From: a virus
Taxonomy: Duplodnaviria; Caudoviricetes
Reading direction: 5' to 3' (one strand)
Virus record (IMG/VR): IMGVR_UViG_3300046663_000412
Location: 1-64,000 of that record
DNA length: 64,000 nucleotides
The translations under genes were made by a program, and so were the position numbers. Below, piece after piece: positions 10,101-18,298 of this stretch (position 1 is the stretch's first letter; each line of letters starts with the position of its first letter). The notes under the pieces were generated by a model that worked only from the letters and a program-made list of their open reading frames with translations, made no database searches and was not told the DNA's origin.

Positions 10101-13100
10101 CTGCTACCGCACGCATCATGAAGAAGGATGTCGTGCCGCTGAATCTCGCGGGGCAGCGAATCGCGGAAGCCACCCTTCCAGGTAGAGTCGAAGCGCCGAC
10201 CGCAGAGTCGCCGGAGTTTGAAGGGGAAACTGCGAAAGGGCTCGGCATCGAGGGCCAGCATGTCTTGGAGCCGAATCCGTTTTTACAGGAGCTAAACAAA
10301 TTTTCTGACGCGCCTAGTTTCATCGAGGCACGGCGCAGGCTGAACCTGGAGCACATGGCGGACGTTGAACATGCGCCTGCTGGTTCACCGTCGCTGCGGG
10401 GGAACACGTTGACGATGGCTGCCGGATTTCGTCCTGAATTACTCCCGGATAAAGAAAACGTGGGGAGATGGTCAAGATTCTCTCACCTAGTAGGAATGTG
10501 GTTGTCCCCAGACGGAGATTTCTATGATGCGACCCCTACCCACTATCATTCAGCGGAGAAATACATAACTGGGGTCACAAAAGAAGACCCCCGAGAATTA
10601 GCCTATAAAAAACAATGGGTCAGAGTTAATATCGATGGCGGGTCTGCCGACGCTCAGATTCTTATTGAGGGTCCGAAACCTAATCCGACTCAAATGCGGG
10701 CTTTGGATTCAGCCGCAGAGAGTCAGGGGCTACCGGTTAATAATGATAGCGGACGGACTGTGATAGAGGCTCCTGCCGGATTCCGTCCGGAGTTGAGAGG
10801 CAATGAAGACATCCAGCAAGTTGCCGATAGATACATGAAGGCCACCGGCAGGCCGTATACCCGGCCTACTGCCGCTACGCCGCTCAATGAAGCGGTGGCG
10901 AAGCGTATCGCGGATTTTTATCAGAGTGCGGCCCATTCGCCGGACAGTCCAGAAGTCCAGTCGTCTTACAAAGCGATGGCGGACGAAACCGTTCAGCAAT
11001 GGAACGCTCTGGAGAAGGCCGGATATAAGATGGAGCCCTGGACTAAGCCCGGGCAGCCCTACGGTAGCTCGGCAGAGATGACCGCAGATGTTCGAGACAA
11101 CCATCACCTCTGGTTTTTTCCCACTGAGGCGGGCTATGGAACCGGCACAGAGATTGCCAAGCATCCACTGCTGGAGGATTCTGGCGTCCAGGTCAACGGG
11201 CGTGAGCTTCCTTATAACGACGTTTTTCGCGCGGTCCACGACGTGATGGGGCACGCAAAAGAGGGTTACGAATTCGGCCCGAAGGGGGAGCTTAACGCTT
11301 ACCTCGCGCACTCCGCGATGTATTCGGATGCCGCGAAGCCTGCGATGGCTTCGGAGACTCTCGGACAAAACTCCTGGGTTAACTTCGGTGAGCACCTCCG
11401 GACCCCGGAAGGTAATATTCCCAAGAAGGGCGAAGCCGGATTTGTTCCTGCCCCGGAAAGACCATTTGCGGAGCAGAAAGCTTTTCTGTTGCCGGAGAAT
11501 CTTCAGAAACTTTCTTTGGATGACGAATCTGCCCAGTTCAAACCCCGAAAGCGAAAAGACGACTGGCAGCTTAAGGAGGGACCCGGGATGTTTTCGAAGG
11601 CGTGGATTGCCCCCGACGGGAAACCGATTCAACTTGGCGGGCAGTGGCACCACGAATGGGTAAACGAGAATCCTGATGTGGCCGAGAAGTATGGTCTGAA
11701 GCCTACGACCAGCGGCGAAGAGAATCGTTCCGAAGCTTTGCAAAAAGGTTTTGCTCGCGTGAACTACGAGAAGAACACCGGCACTTTTAAAGTGGAGGCT
11801 CGCCAGCAGGACTGGGATAAGCTGTCTCCCTCGGTGCTAGAGATGGTGAAGCGCAACCTGGGGAAGATTGACAACATGGACGTGCATTTGCTGGATGCGA
11901 AGGGCAAGAACATTGTTGACCAGGATGGCGTAGCGTTGCACACCTACGACGCGGGGGAAAAGCTGGACCACATCCCGTTGATTTCGGAGCCGTCGTCTAC
12001 GGTCACTGAGACGAGCCCTCAGGCGACTGGGAAAGCAGAGTCAGCCCAATTCCGGCCCGCTGATGAAGACACCCAGATTTTATACTCCGGCAAAGGTGGA
12101 GGAGTAGGCTCCGGCGAAGGTGGCTCCTGGTGGACTTCGAGTTTGAGACGCGCCATTTCTTTCGGCCCGTCAGTTAGCAGAGTAGAAGTGCCGAAAGAAA
12201 TTGCACAGGCAGCCCGCGAAGCCGCGTTGAAACAGGGTAGTGGCACCTCCACGGATTTTGTGCTTCCCAATGAGTGGGTGAAAAAGGCGGAGCCGGTGGG
12301 TGAGCTTGACCAGCCCACGTATGAACTACCGATTCAATTCCGGCCCGATGAAACAAACCCGCGCGCGGTAAAGATGGCTGCACTCCGTGACGAGGACACC
12401 GGTAAGATTTACGAAGGCCCGATGCATGCCTTTGCTAAGCTGGAGTATCTGAAAGAAAAATACGCCAGTCGGTTGGACGAGAACGGTGACCTTCCGGATA
12501 ACCTGATGCTTCAAGCCTGGAAGGCGGACCCTAACTTGTCGGAAGGATTCACTACCAACGCGGGAGAATTTTTGAGCCGCGACGAGGCAAAAGACCGTGC
12601 GGTTGAACTAAAGCAGTATGTCGCTAAACCGAACGAGGGAAGCAGTCTGGAGTCTCAAGCGTTCACCAGACAGCAGGAGCTACAAAAAGCTGGCTACGCT
12701 CCAGACGTCCAATACCGACCGTCCGCTAAGCCGGAAGATTTTAAGAGCGAAGAAACACTTCCTCGCGCGCTCCAGTCTCCTAACTGGGCAATCTTCACGG
12801 CGACAAAAGAAGATTTAGGCCCCGGCACCAACGAGCACAACGAACTGCGAAACGAGAATTTAGAAAAAGCTCTTGTAGCCGACGGCTTCACTCCTACCGA
12901 GGTGAGCGGAAATTACAAAGGCGTTGACCAGGGAAAAAGTTTTCTGGTGCCCAACATGACCCCGGAGCAAGCGACCGCGTGGGGTAATAAGTATGGCCAA
13001 GAGAGCGTGCTTACTCCACACGGTATTCTTTACGGTGACGGGACGATTAACCCTGCCGACCATTCGAAAACTGTTGTTGGGCCAGAGGCAGAGAAGCAGG

Positions 13101-14509
13101 ATTTTTATTCGAAGCTCAAAGATGGTCCCGCGTTCAGCATGGGAATCGATACCGACAAGCGGGTTCAGTTCAAGCCCAACACTCCAGAAGAAAGAGATTT
13201 ACTCGGTGCAGCTATCGCCCCGCAGGCGTTCAGCAAAGCGGAAGTCATGGCGATGTCGAACAAAGACCTTTTGGAACACTACCCTGAGGCAGTCGTTCCT
13301 AACAAGGTCCGAAACAAAAAGGGCAAGCTGGTAGAGCCGGAGCTAACCTCCGATATCGTTCACGCGCCGCTCGTAGAAGCAAACGGTGGTGCGGAGTCCC
13401 CGAAGGCAATCAAAGCCTACGCGCAGAAGGTGGTTGATTTTGCCAAGCAATGGCAAGACCACCCGGCGTTTAAGGACGGGATGAAATGGTATTCTGATTT
13501 TGTCCCGAAGCTCAAAGCAAATTTTGGAAAGAACGCGCAACTGTTCGCTGAACTACTCGCGGCGACTTCGCCGAACACCACACCGGATGTGAATTTTGGA
13601 TTCGCCTACGATGCTCTGAAATCTTTCGAGACCGGAAAGTTCGACCAACAGATTGCTAAGTTCAACGAGGGCATGAAGATGGCGGACGAGGACAACTGGC
13701 AGGACTGGTATAACAAAAATGTTCCAGAGTCAGACCGGCCTGTGAAGCCTACCAAGGCGACTTTCATGGCGGAGTGGATTGACCAGCACGACCTCGCGCC
13801 TCGCCAATCGAATGGAAAAAATTACGGGATGCATTCCGTGCCGGTGCTCCAGGTTCTTGCGCGCCGGTGGCTAAACCAAACGACCGGCCCGAAGACTCAG
13901 AATTTTATCAAGAACTTGGTTGGCTCGGAACACGAGGCCACAATCGACGTATGGGCTGACCGGACTATGAGACGCCTGGGTTACCAGGACTACCAGGACC
14001 GGTGGCGGATTTTGCCGAAGAACGCGACCGGAGTGCCAGACACTGATTTCCACTTTTCTCAGAAAGTATTCCGCGCGGCTGCCAATCAGATGGATATCAA
14101 GCCCGATGCTCTGCAAGGGGCTCTCTGGTTCGCTGAAAAGCAGCTTTGGGCGGACAAGGGCTGGGGACGGCTCGACCTGGGGGACTACCGTAAAGAGATG
14201 GCAAAGGTCCCAGAACTACAGAAAAGGTTTGAGCAGCGGAACGCACAGCAGGAGATGAATCTAGTTGCGCCAAGGCCCGGAGTGCAGTATAATCCAGGTA
14301 TGAAATTAGTCAAAGCGACAGTGCAAGACAAAAACGGTGGAATCTTGATTGGCGGAGGTAAGTCCATTACTTCCAGTCCTTTGACGCCTGTTGACGCTTC
14401 TGCGTGGGCGGACGCAATCATATCCAATCAAATAGGACTCCCGGCGTCTCAATACGGGACGAAAGACCAACGTCGAAACAAGGATGACTTTAAAGTTACA
14501 ATCCGATGA
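7109..14509 (+). CDS. Large polyvalent internal virion protein (2466 aa)
   Basis: Ala/Gly-rich N-terminal half followed by distinct modules separated by (Q/G)(F/Y)(R/K/N)P motifs. Includes HDxxGH, DUF3293-like and HhH-glycosylase-like segments. Confidence 0.7.
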   Translation: MPQEVSLSPEQQAQYENSPTAGQEVQLTPDQQAAFDQPQSKEVDPLKDFTSEQIFQLSKQDPEFRILEQFSSRPDLQKDPWMVSKVADALHKQKLEPWYRGISASGMAKGIAGFGKGAFTQASDVAQNAADSISLGLGHLLGADPGTLDQLGRNIQQRVAESTSATEAATTGLVGQAVRLAKKVGGKPLDQYTEQDKVNSLFDSLADLQQQQKIATGHGALLSAVGPEVVKNLEQQGSAVRPEQVASLAQADPFAFEAMGKGLAPVGKAAGALVPESAAALAQKAAQATIGRGVQAVGALVKPVATAVRAVAPGVSKAAGAAAGAVAAGELNPAAIPLGIMEGLEKGGKLGEKIATGAGKVAGSFDQLSEIGRQIAGAAPLKSSLAVVGRQVAEAAPRAAGAALAGAGFDIGLQAGTAETPEERESFTPFGTIFGLAHGVKYAGTHTISGLISAPREWGSNIRTPNSKNFPGLNSVHDAGYDSASPGVKSRVNALRQLVEGTGAELFYAPRPEQGQPDNLPDTLTGMGIPADRADTFADKAAFTTTINGKKVVVIRNVEAGPHDALHAIDDVVGATQVRELNDAVKGQYTPEVWSQMRQRYADLLAPGTDNPTATILDQTGRGDAEAKEKIIRQVHDTFTQNNETPDMESFKQAAGSEIQRQQSDAAAAGKSLWEHTLTPEEQNNVADQYMGSEVRAENFDSAYKGIGDGKTLTDKLAHAVAGTMASLGFNPVAGRYSDLGFPLDYATMKQGLKQSAVNKPLVSPSKLPKVVAPVGSPAAATQQQKRHEEIVKTAPDVALPGAAKSPREMMGILNEAVLSGSPVDIHYGHAGGTAPAAGTGDLPEAALGGVSRADRREVIEAWRQLPIATRSFMATLFSPERFDVTKGGKYQVYGGSHAVLAANLQKLANFSIAHPEVKLPDGWNVDDKSFTPDSWNTILDQVQKYSRNQLTGRAGSGQPLVVPKMKGYFAPPVTGEAAVIPQDAADAINAVFGQTTPATARIMKKDVVPLNLAGQRIAEATLPGRVEAPTAESPEFEGETAKGLGIEGQHVLEPNPFLQELNKFSDAPSFIEARRRLNLEHMADVEHAPAGSPSLRGNTLTMAAGFRPELLPDKENVGRWSRFSHLVGMWLSPDGDFYDATPTHYHSAEKYITGVTKEDPRELAYKKQWVRVNIDGGSADAQILIEGPKPNPTQMRALDSAAESQGLPVNNDSGRTVIEAPAGFRPELRGNEDIQQVADRYMKATGRPYTRPTAATPLNEAVAKRIADFYQSAAHSPDSPEVQSSYKAMADETVQQWNALEKAGYKMEPWTKPGQPYGSSAEMTADVRDNHHLWFFPTEAGYGTGTEIAKHPLLEDSGVQVNGRELPYNDVFRAVHDVMGHAKEGYEFGPKGELNAYLAHSAMYSDAAKPAMASETLGQNSWVNFGEHLRTPEGNIPKKGEAGFVPAPERPFAEQKAFLLPENLQKLSLDDESAQFKPRKRKDDWQLKEGPGMFSKAWIAPDGKPIQLGGQWHHEWVNENPDVAEKYGLKPTTSGEENRSEALQKGFARVNYEKNTGTFKVEARQQDWDKLSPSVLEMVKRNLGKIDNMDVHLLDAKGKNIVDQDGVALHTYDAGEKLDHIPLISEPSSTVTETSPQATGKAESAQFRPADEDTQILYSGKGGGVGSGEGGSWWTSSLRRAISFGPSVSRVEVPKEIAQAAREAALKQGSGTSTDFVLPNEWVKKAEPVGELDQPTYELPIQFRPDETNPRAVKMAALRDEDTGKIYEGPMHAFAKLEYLKEKYASRLDENGDLPDNLMLQAWKADPNLSEGFTTNAGEFLSRDEAKDRAVELKQYVAKPNEGSSLESQAFTRQQELQKAGYAPDVQYRPSAKPEDFKSEETLPRALQSPNWAIFTATKEDLGPGTNEHNELRNENLEKALVADGFTPTEVSGNYKGVDQGKSFLVPNMTPEQATAWGNKYGQESVLTPHGILYGDGTINPADHSKTVVGPEAEKQDFYSKLKDGPAFSMGIDTDKRVQFKPNTPEERDLLGAAIAPQAFSKAEVMAMSNKDLLEHYPEAVVPNKVRNKKGKLVEPELTSDIVHAPLVEANGGAESPKAIKAYAQKVVDFAKQWQDHPAFKDGMKWYSDFVPKLKANFGKNAQLFAELLAATSPNTTPDVNFGFAYDALKSFETGKFDQQIAKFNEGMKMADEDNWQDWYNKNVPESDRPVKPTKATFMAEWIDQHDLAPRQSNGKNYGMHSVPVLQVLARRWLNQTTGPKTQNFIKNLVGSEHEATIDVWADRTMRRLGYQDYQDRWRILPKNATGVPDTDFHFSQKVFRAAANQMDIKPDALQGALWFAEKQLWADKGWGRLDLGDYRKEMAKVPELQKRFEQRNAQQEMNLVAPRPGVQYNPGMKLVKATVQDKNGGILIGGGKSITSSPLTPVDASAWADAIISNQIGLPASQYGTKDQRRNKDDFKVTIR

Positions 14510-14682
14510 AAGTAAACACTAAATTGCAGAAAGAATACACCCGGGAGCAGCAGGTAGCGGCCCGGATTGCCTCGGATATCTACTCCCAGGACCCGTTCTG
14601 GCAGGAAGTGGTAGAACACCTCGACCGGAAGGAAAAGAGCCGCCAGGGGCTTGTGCAGGCTCGACCCAGAGCCCGCAAATAG
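14506..14682 (+). CDS. Hypothetical protein (58 aa)
   Basis: ATGA overlap with the upstream stop; MKVNTKLQKEY...RPRARK. Confidence 0.45.
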   Translation: MKVNTKLQKEYTREQQVAARIASDIYSQDPFWQEVVEHLDRKEKSRQGLVQARPRARK

Positions 14683-14687
14683 CGACT
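14661..14687 (+). promoter_or_regulatory. Class II promoter TCGACC-N15-GCGACT
   Basis: GCGACT ends 7 nt before ATG 14695. Confidence 0.45.
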
Positions 14688-14694
14688 GTTAAGT

Positions 14695-15369
14695 ATGACT
14701 GGCACTGAATCAGGTCTCGTTGCTCCCGCTGCGGTTGCCCCACCCGCTGCTGCCCCCGCACCCATCGCTGCCGCTCCATCCCCTGACGCGTCCCAGACGC
14801 CTAGCACCCAGGACGACCGGCTGCCCCCGGAGATTCTGAAGATTCACGCGATGCAGGCATTGATTGCCGGGAACCCGGCTGCCGTGTCCGCCCCGTTAAA
14901 AGAATTTGGTAACCGTAAGGAAGCGAAACTTATCAAGGAGCACAAGGATGCTCTAACGCAAGCCGGTTTCGGCTTTTACCGCTCTCTGAACGGTCACCTG
15001 GGGGTCATTTTCAATTCGTTGCATTTGCACCCCCAAGATTTGATGGCAGCCGACAAGGCCGGGAAGCTCACACAACTCGCGCCTTCTTTTGATATCGTGG
15101 ACCATGCGGTGTCGAAATCCGGAATTCACAATCCAGTTTTGAAGGCGAAGTCGGTCCCGAATGGATTGGCTCCGCCTACGCTTCAAGCTCCTCCTCAGGT
15201 CACTGCGGGAATGGCTCCAGGCTCCTCGCCTGTCGCGGCTGCCCCGAATTCCGTCCAGCGTAAAGCTATGGCTGCCCGGATTGGGAATATCAGCCCTGGG
15301 GCTCCGACTTCGGGCTCGATGCCGGGAGCCGGACGTTTGCTGAATCAAATCTACAAGCCGGTTGTTTAA
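14695..15369 (+). CDS. Hypothetical Pro/Ala-rich protein
   Basis: 224-aa ORF ending the + strand block. Confidence 0.6.
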   Translation: MTGTESGLVAPAAVAPPAAAPAPIAAAPSPDASQTPSTQDDRLPPEILKIHAMQALIAGNPAAVSAPLKEFGNRKEAKLIKEHKDALTQAGFGFYRSLNGHLGVIFNSLHLHPQDLMAADKAGKLTQLAPSFDIVDHAVSKSGIHNPVLKAKSVPNGLAPPTLQAPPQVTAGMAPGSSPVAAAPNSVQRKAMAARIGNISPGAPTSGSMPGAGRLLNQIYKPVV

Positions 15370-16424
15370 CCGGGGGTCAGTTCAAGCTGGCCCTTAATCA
15401 ACCTCGCGTCTGAACGGATGAACCGCTTGTAGTATCCGCGCGTGAAAAAGCGATTGATTTCCACTCTGAACCGGGTGACAGAGCCGTCGTCCGGGTTCAC
15501 TTTGAATTCCATAATCGCCCCGCCGACTTCCATCCGCAGGCGTTTCTTGCGAGCGAAAATTGTTTGGTCCTGAAACCCCGGCAGAGACACGACGTGAATG
15601 TTGCGCTCTTGCATGTAGTTCGAGACGTGATAGTGGCCCAGCACCAGGATAGACGGCTTTTCGCCACCCTCCAGAGACTCCACAATCTTCTGCGCCGTGT
15701 AGCTGCGCGCATACGCTGAACCACCACCGGGGTGCATGATTTTGATGATAGTCGGCACGGCACCGGCCTTAATCGCGACGTCCGCTTCGACGTGACCGAT
15801 ATAGCGCAAATCCTTTCGGTCATTTTTGCGGGCGACAAGCTCCATGTATGACCCGATGTTGAAGCCGGGAGCAAACCAGGACTCGTGGTCGTCGCCGGTG
15901 ATGAAGTAAGTCGTGATGCCTTCCCGCTGCGGATAGTTGTCGGCGAAGTATTGCGCCTGTCCATCGATGGTCGAGGAGAAAACACTTTCACCGTTGATGC
16001 GCGCCACATAGCCGTCAATCGGGTTGCCCGCATGGAACACGGTCGTGAGTCCTTCGGCTTTGAAAAGGTCGTATTGGGCGTGCAGTTCTGCGAGGCGTTC
16101 TTCCTTGCAGCACATGTGTGTGTCTGCGACCAGTCCGTGGCGAATCCAGTCGCCGGTGTTCACGACTTCCAACGGAAGATATCCGAAGGTAGGCCGGGGC
16201 AGCGTGACTGGCTCCTGGAGAACAGGAATCTCGGTTTCCGCCGCGAGCGCAGGAGCAGCAGGGTCAGCGGACCCAGCCGTCAATGGGCGGCTCAGGCTCA
16301 GTCGGCGGATTTTGTTCACCACCGCATCCAGGCTCTTGCCCATCTTGGTGGCTATCGCCGGGTTGCTGTAACCCTCCTGCCGGAGGCTCGTCAAGGTGTC
16401 GATTTGCGTTTTGGTCCAACTCAT
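15366..16424 (-). CDS. Calcineurin-like metallophosphoesterase with N-terminal HTH
   Basis: Motifs DTH, HAGNPIDG, GDDHE and GHYH; GcrA-like HTH at the N-terminus. Confidence 0.8.
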   Translation of the reverse strand: MSWTKTQIDTLTSLRQEGYSNPAIATKMGKSLDAVVNKIRRLSLSRPLTAGSADPAAPALAAETEIPVLQEPVTLPRPTFGYLPLEVVNTGDWIRHGLVADTHMCCKEERLAELHAQYDLFKAEGLTTVFHAGNPIDGYVARINGESVFSSTIDGQAQYFADNYPQREGITTYFITGDDHESWFAPGFNIGSYMELVARKNDRKDLRYIGHVEADVAIKAGAVPTIIKIMHPGGGSAYARSYTAQKIVESLEGGEKPSILVLGHYHVSNYMQERNIHVVSLPGFQDQTIFARKKRLRMEVGGAIMEFKVNPDDGSVTRFRVEINRFFTRGYYKRFIRSDARLIKGQLELTPG

Positions 16425-17076
16425 GTGTTTTAGGATATGGAGCGTCTTCGGCCCCGGTTTCTAGGTTCTGTTCCCGTTTTATTAACCACTCCTGTGTGGC
16501 TGGGTGTAGCACACCCCTAAAGGCTCCGTCAAAAGCTTCGAGCGCGATTTGCGCCGTGGGACCCACACCGACTAAGGCGTGCTCCAGGTCATTGATGTCG
16601 CCCAGGTAGGCCAGCCAGTTTCCGTCCAACAGGCGGCAGAGCGCGGGCTTGTAGCGAAAATGCGGTGAAGAGACTTCCTGGGTGGCCAGCAGATGTTCCT
16701 CGGCGGACTTGCGTTGCATATCGAGGACGTCCCGCTGTCTCTGTGCGATGTCTTCAAAATGCTTTTCGGTCCGCTTCTGAAACTCCAGGCTCCAGCGGTC
16801 GTCGTCATCCATGATTTTCTGAATGCGGTTCGCAGCCGCGCGAAGTGTATTCTCGCATTCGATTTTGGTCTCGGTCTCGGCGGGAGTCAGCGGAGGAACC
16901 TCTGCGGGGGCAGCCTCGGGCATGCCGAACATGTTCACGCCGGGTGGGGTCCGCATCCAGTGACTCATTACCGCGCCAGCGGTGGAGAACACCTGGAGGC
17001 AAGTGTCTATCATGAACCGGGTCGAAAGCTCCCGGCTGGAAAGCTGAATCGGTTCCGACTGATTGAGATTCTTCAC
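16264..17076 (-). CDS. Hypothetical protein
   Basis: GTG overlaps the RuvC stop (GTGA). The last ~160 nt overlap the next gene. Confidence 0.55.
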   Translation of the reverse strand: MKNLNQSEPIQLSSRELSTRFMIDTCLQVFSTAGAVMSHWMRTPPGVNMFGMPEAAPAEVPPLTPAETETKIECENTLRAAANRIQKIMDDDDRWSLEFQKRTEKHFEDIAQRQRDVLDMQRKSAEEHLLATQEVSSPHFRYKPALCRLLDGNWLAYLGDINDLEHALVGVGPTAQIALEAFDGAFRGVLHPATQEWLIKREQNLETGAEDAPYPKTHELDQNANRHLDEPPAGGLQQPGDSHQDGQEPGCGGEQNPPTEPEPPIDGWVR

Positions 17077-17573
17077 TGGAACTTTACGCGAGATAGGTGT
17101 GTTTGTGCCCATTTGAAAATCCATATTGCGTCAATGGCGTTGTCGTCTAGTTTTTGTCCGCGAAATCCTGGGGACTGTTTAAACAGGGCGGCTGCCATTC
17201 CTTCTTTTGTTGCGCCGCCGAACCCGGTGGCAAACTTTTTTAAAGTGGAGACTGGCAAACATTCCAGCAAGCACGATTTGCCAAGGGTCAACCATACACA
17301 GGTCCGCAATGATGCCCACAACTGGGTTTGCAGGGTGTAAGTCGAAAATTGCACGTCCTCGAAGACTACCACATCGGGCTTGGGAAGTGAAACCAGATAT
17401 TCCTGAAATCGATGAATCCTCGGGTCGTTTCGCCGGGTCCAGCGTTCCTTCCCCCAGGCAGTAACTTCCGCCCCCGTTGCTAGCGTCCAAGTCCCAGCAG
17501 TAAGTGTATCCGCTCCGGCGAGGTTGTGAGCGAATCCCGTGTGGGTCCCCAGGTCTATGGCGAGTATTTTCAG
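17073..17573 (-). CDS. RuvC-like Holliday junction resolvase
   Basis: Extending the track ORF upstream gives LKILAIDLGTHTGFA...VVFEDV...DDNAIDA. No in-frame ATG/GTG/TTG before the first catalytic Asp; CTG start assumed. Confidence 0.8.
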   Translation of the reverse strand: MKILAIDLGTHTGFAHNLAGADTLTAGTWTLATGAEVTAWGKERWTRRNDPRIHRFQEYLVSLPKPDVVVFEDVQFSTYTLQTQLWASLRTCVWLTLGKSCLLECLPVSTLKKFATGFGGATKEGMAAALFKQSPGFRGQKLDDNAIDAIWIFKWAQTHLSRVKFQ

Positions 17574-17590
17574 ACATATAAAAGTCGCAA

Positions 17591-18298
17591 TTATTCAGAG
17601 AGTAGTCGCCCCTGGTCCAGCAACGCGACGCGAATCTTTCGGAGCGCCACGCGGTGAGTGCGCTGAATCGCCGACCGAGTTAAATCCAGCATCTCGGCAA
17701 TTTCCTGAAAATTCCTTCCGCTGAAGTAGGTCAAGTTTAAAACTGCCTTCTCCCGCTCGGTGCAGATTCGTTCCACCAGCGGCTTCATTTGCTCCCAGCG
17801 TTCGCGGGTGTGGATGTCTTCGAACCTGGGGTTGTCAATTTCGTGCTCCGGAGTGATTTCTTCTGTGTCGTCCCAGGGGCCGGTTAAATCAACGTGATGC
17901 CCGCTGGGGTTCGAGGTATCCGGGGGCACCATGTTTTCAGAGCCGACACCCTTCACCACATTTTTTGAGCGCCAACTTCGGTGAACATAGCCGCGAATTC
18001 CCGGCTTGCAGAACGCGAAGAACCTCGCCCAGCCGGTCTTCCACCGCTTCGCGCCGCGATTCAGCACGTCGTAGCAAATCGAGATAAGCTCACCGTCTTC
18101 AATGTGGCCCTTGCTGATGTGGCGCGCGTAGGCTACCGCTTCACGCATCGAGTGCAGCACGAGTTTGTCCAGGTCTTTTTGAGAGCCCTGGGCGAGCTTG
18201 TTTTCTTCCGGCTTACTTAGCTTCAGGGGAAATGGGTCGAGGGGATTCAAATGAAACTCCAGTCGTTGGGTTAAGGGTGGGAACCGCCTCTGTATCAA
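17591..18298 (-). CDS. Phage-encoded sigma70-family sigma factor
   Basis: Region 2-like ELISICYDVLNRGAKRW and region 4 HTH EREKAVLNLTYFSGRNFQEIAEMLDLTRSAIQR. Start uncertain. Confidence 0.75.
   Translation of the reverse strand: MIQRRFPPLTQRLEFHLNPLDPFPLKLSKPEENKLAQGSQKDLDKLVLHSMREAVAYARHISKGHIEDGELISICYDVLNRGAKRWKTGWARFFAFCKPGIRGYVHRSWRSKNVVKGVGSENMVPPDTSNPSGHHVDLTGPWDDTEEITPEHEIDNPRFEDIHTRERWEQMKPLVERICTEREKAVLNLTYFSGRNFQEIAEMLDLTRSAIQRTHRVALRKIRVALLDQGRLLSE

Noticed and set aside
10730-11743. Long antisense ORFs (this one, plus 62545-63369 and 21361-21933)
   Set aside because: They are shadows of well-supported genes on the opposite strand and have no motifs.
16264-16424. Functional dual-coding overlap
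   Set aside because: The overlapping tail is low-complexity and most simply a late stop codon.
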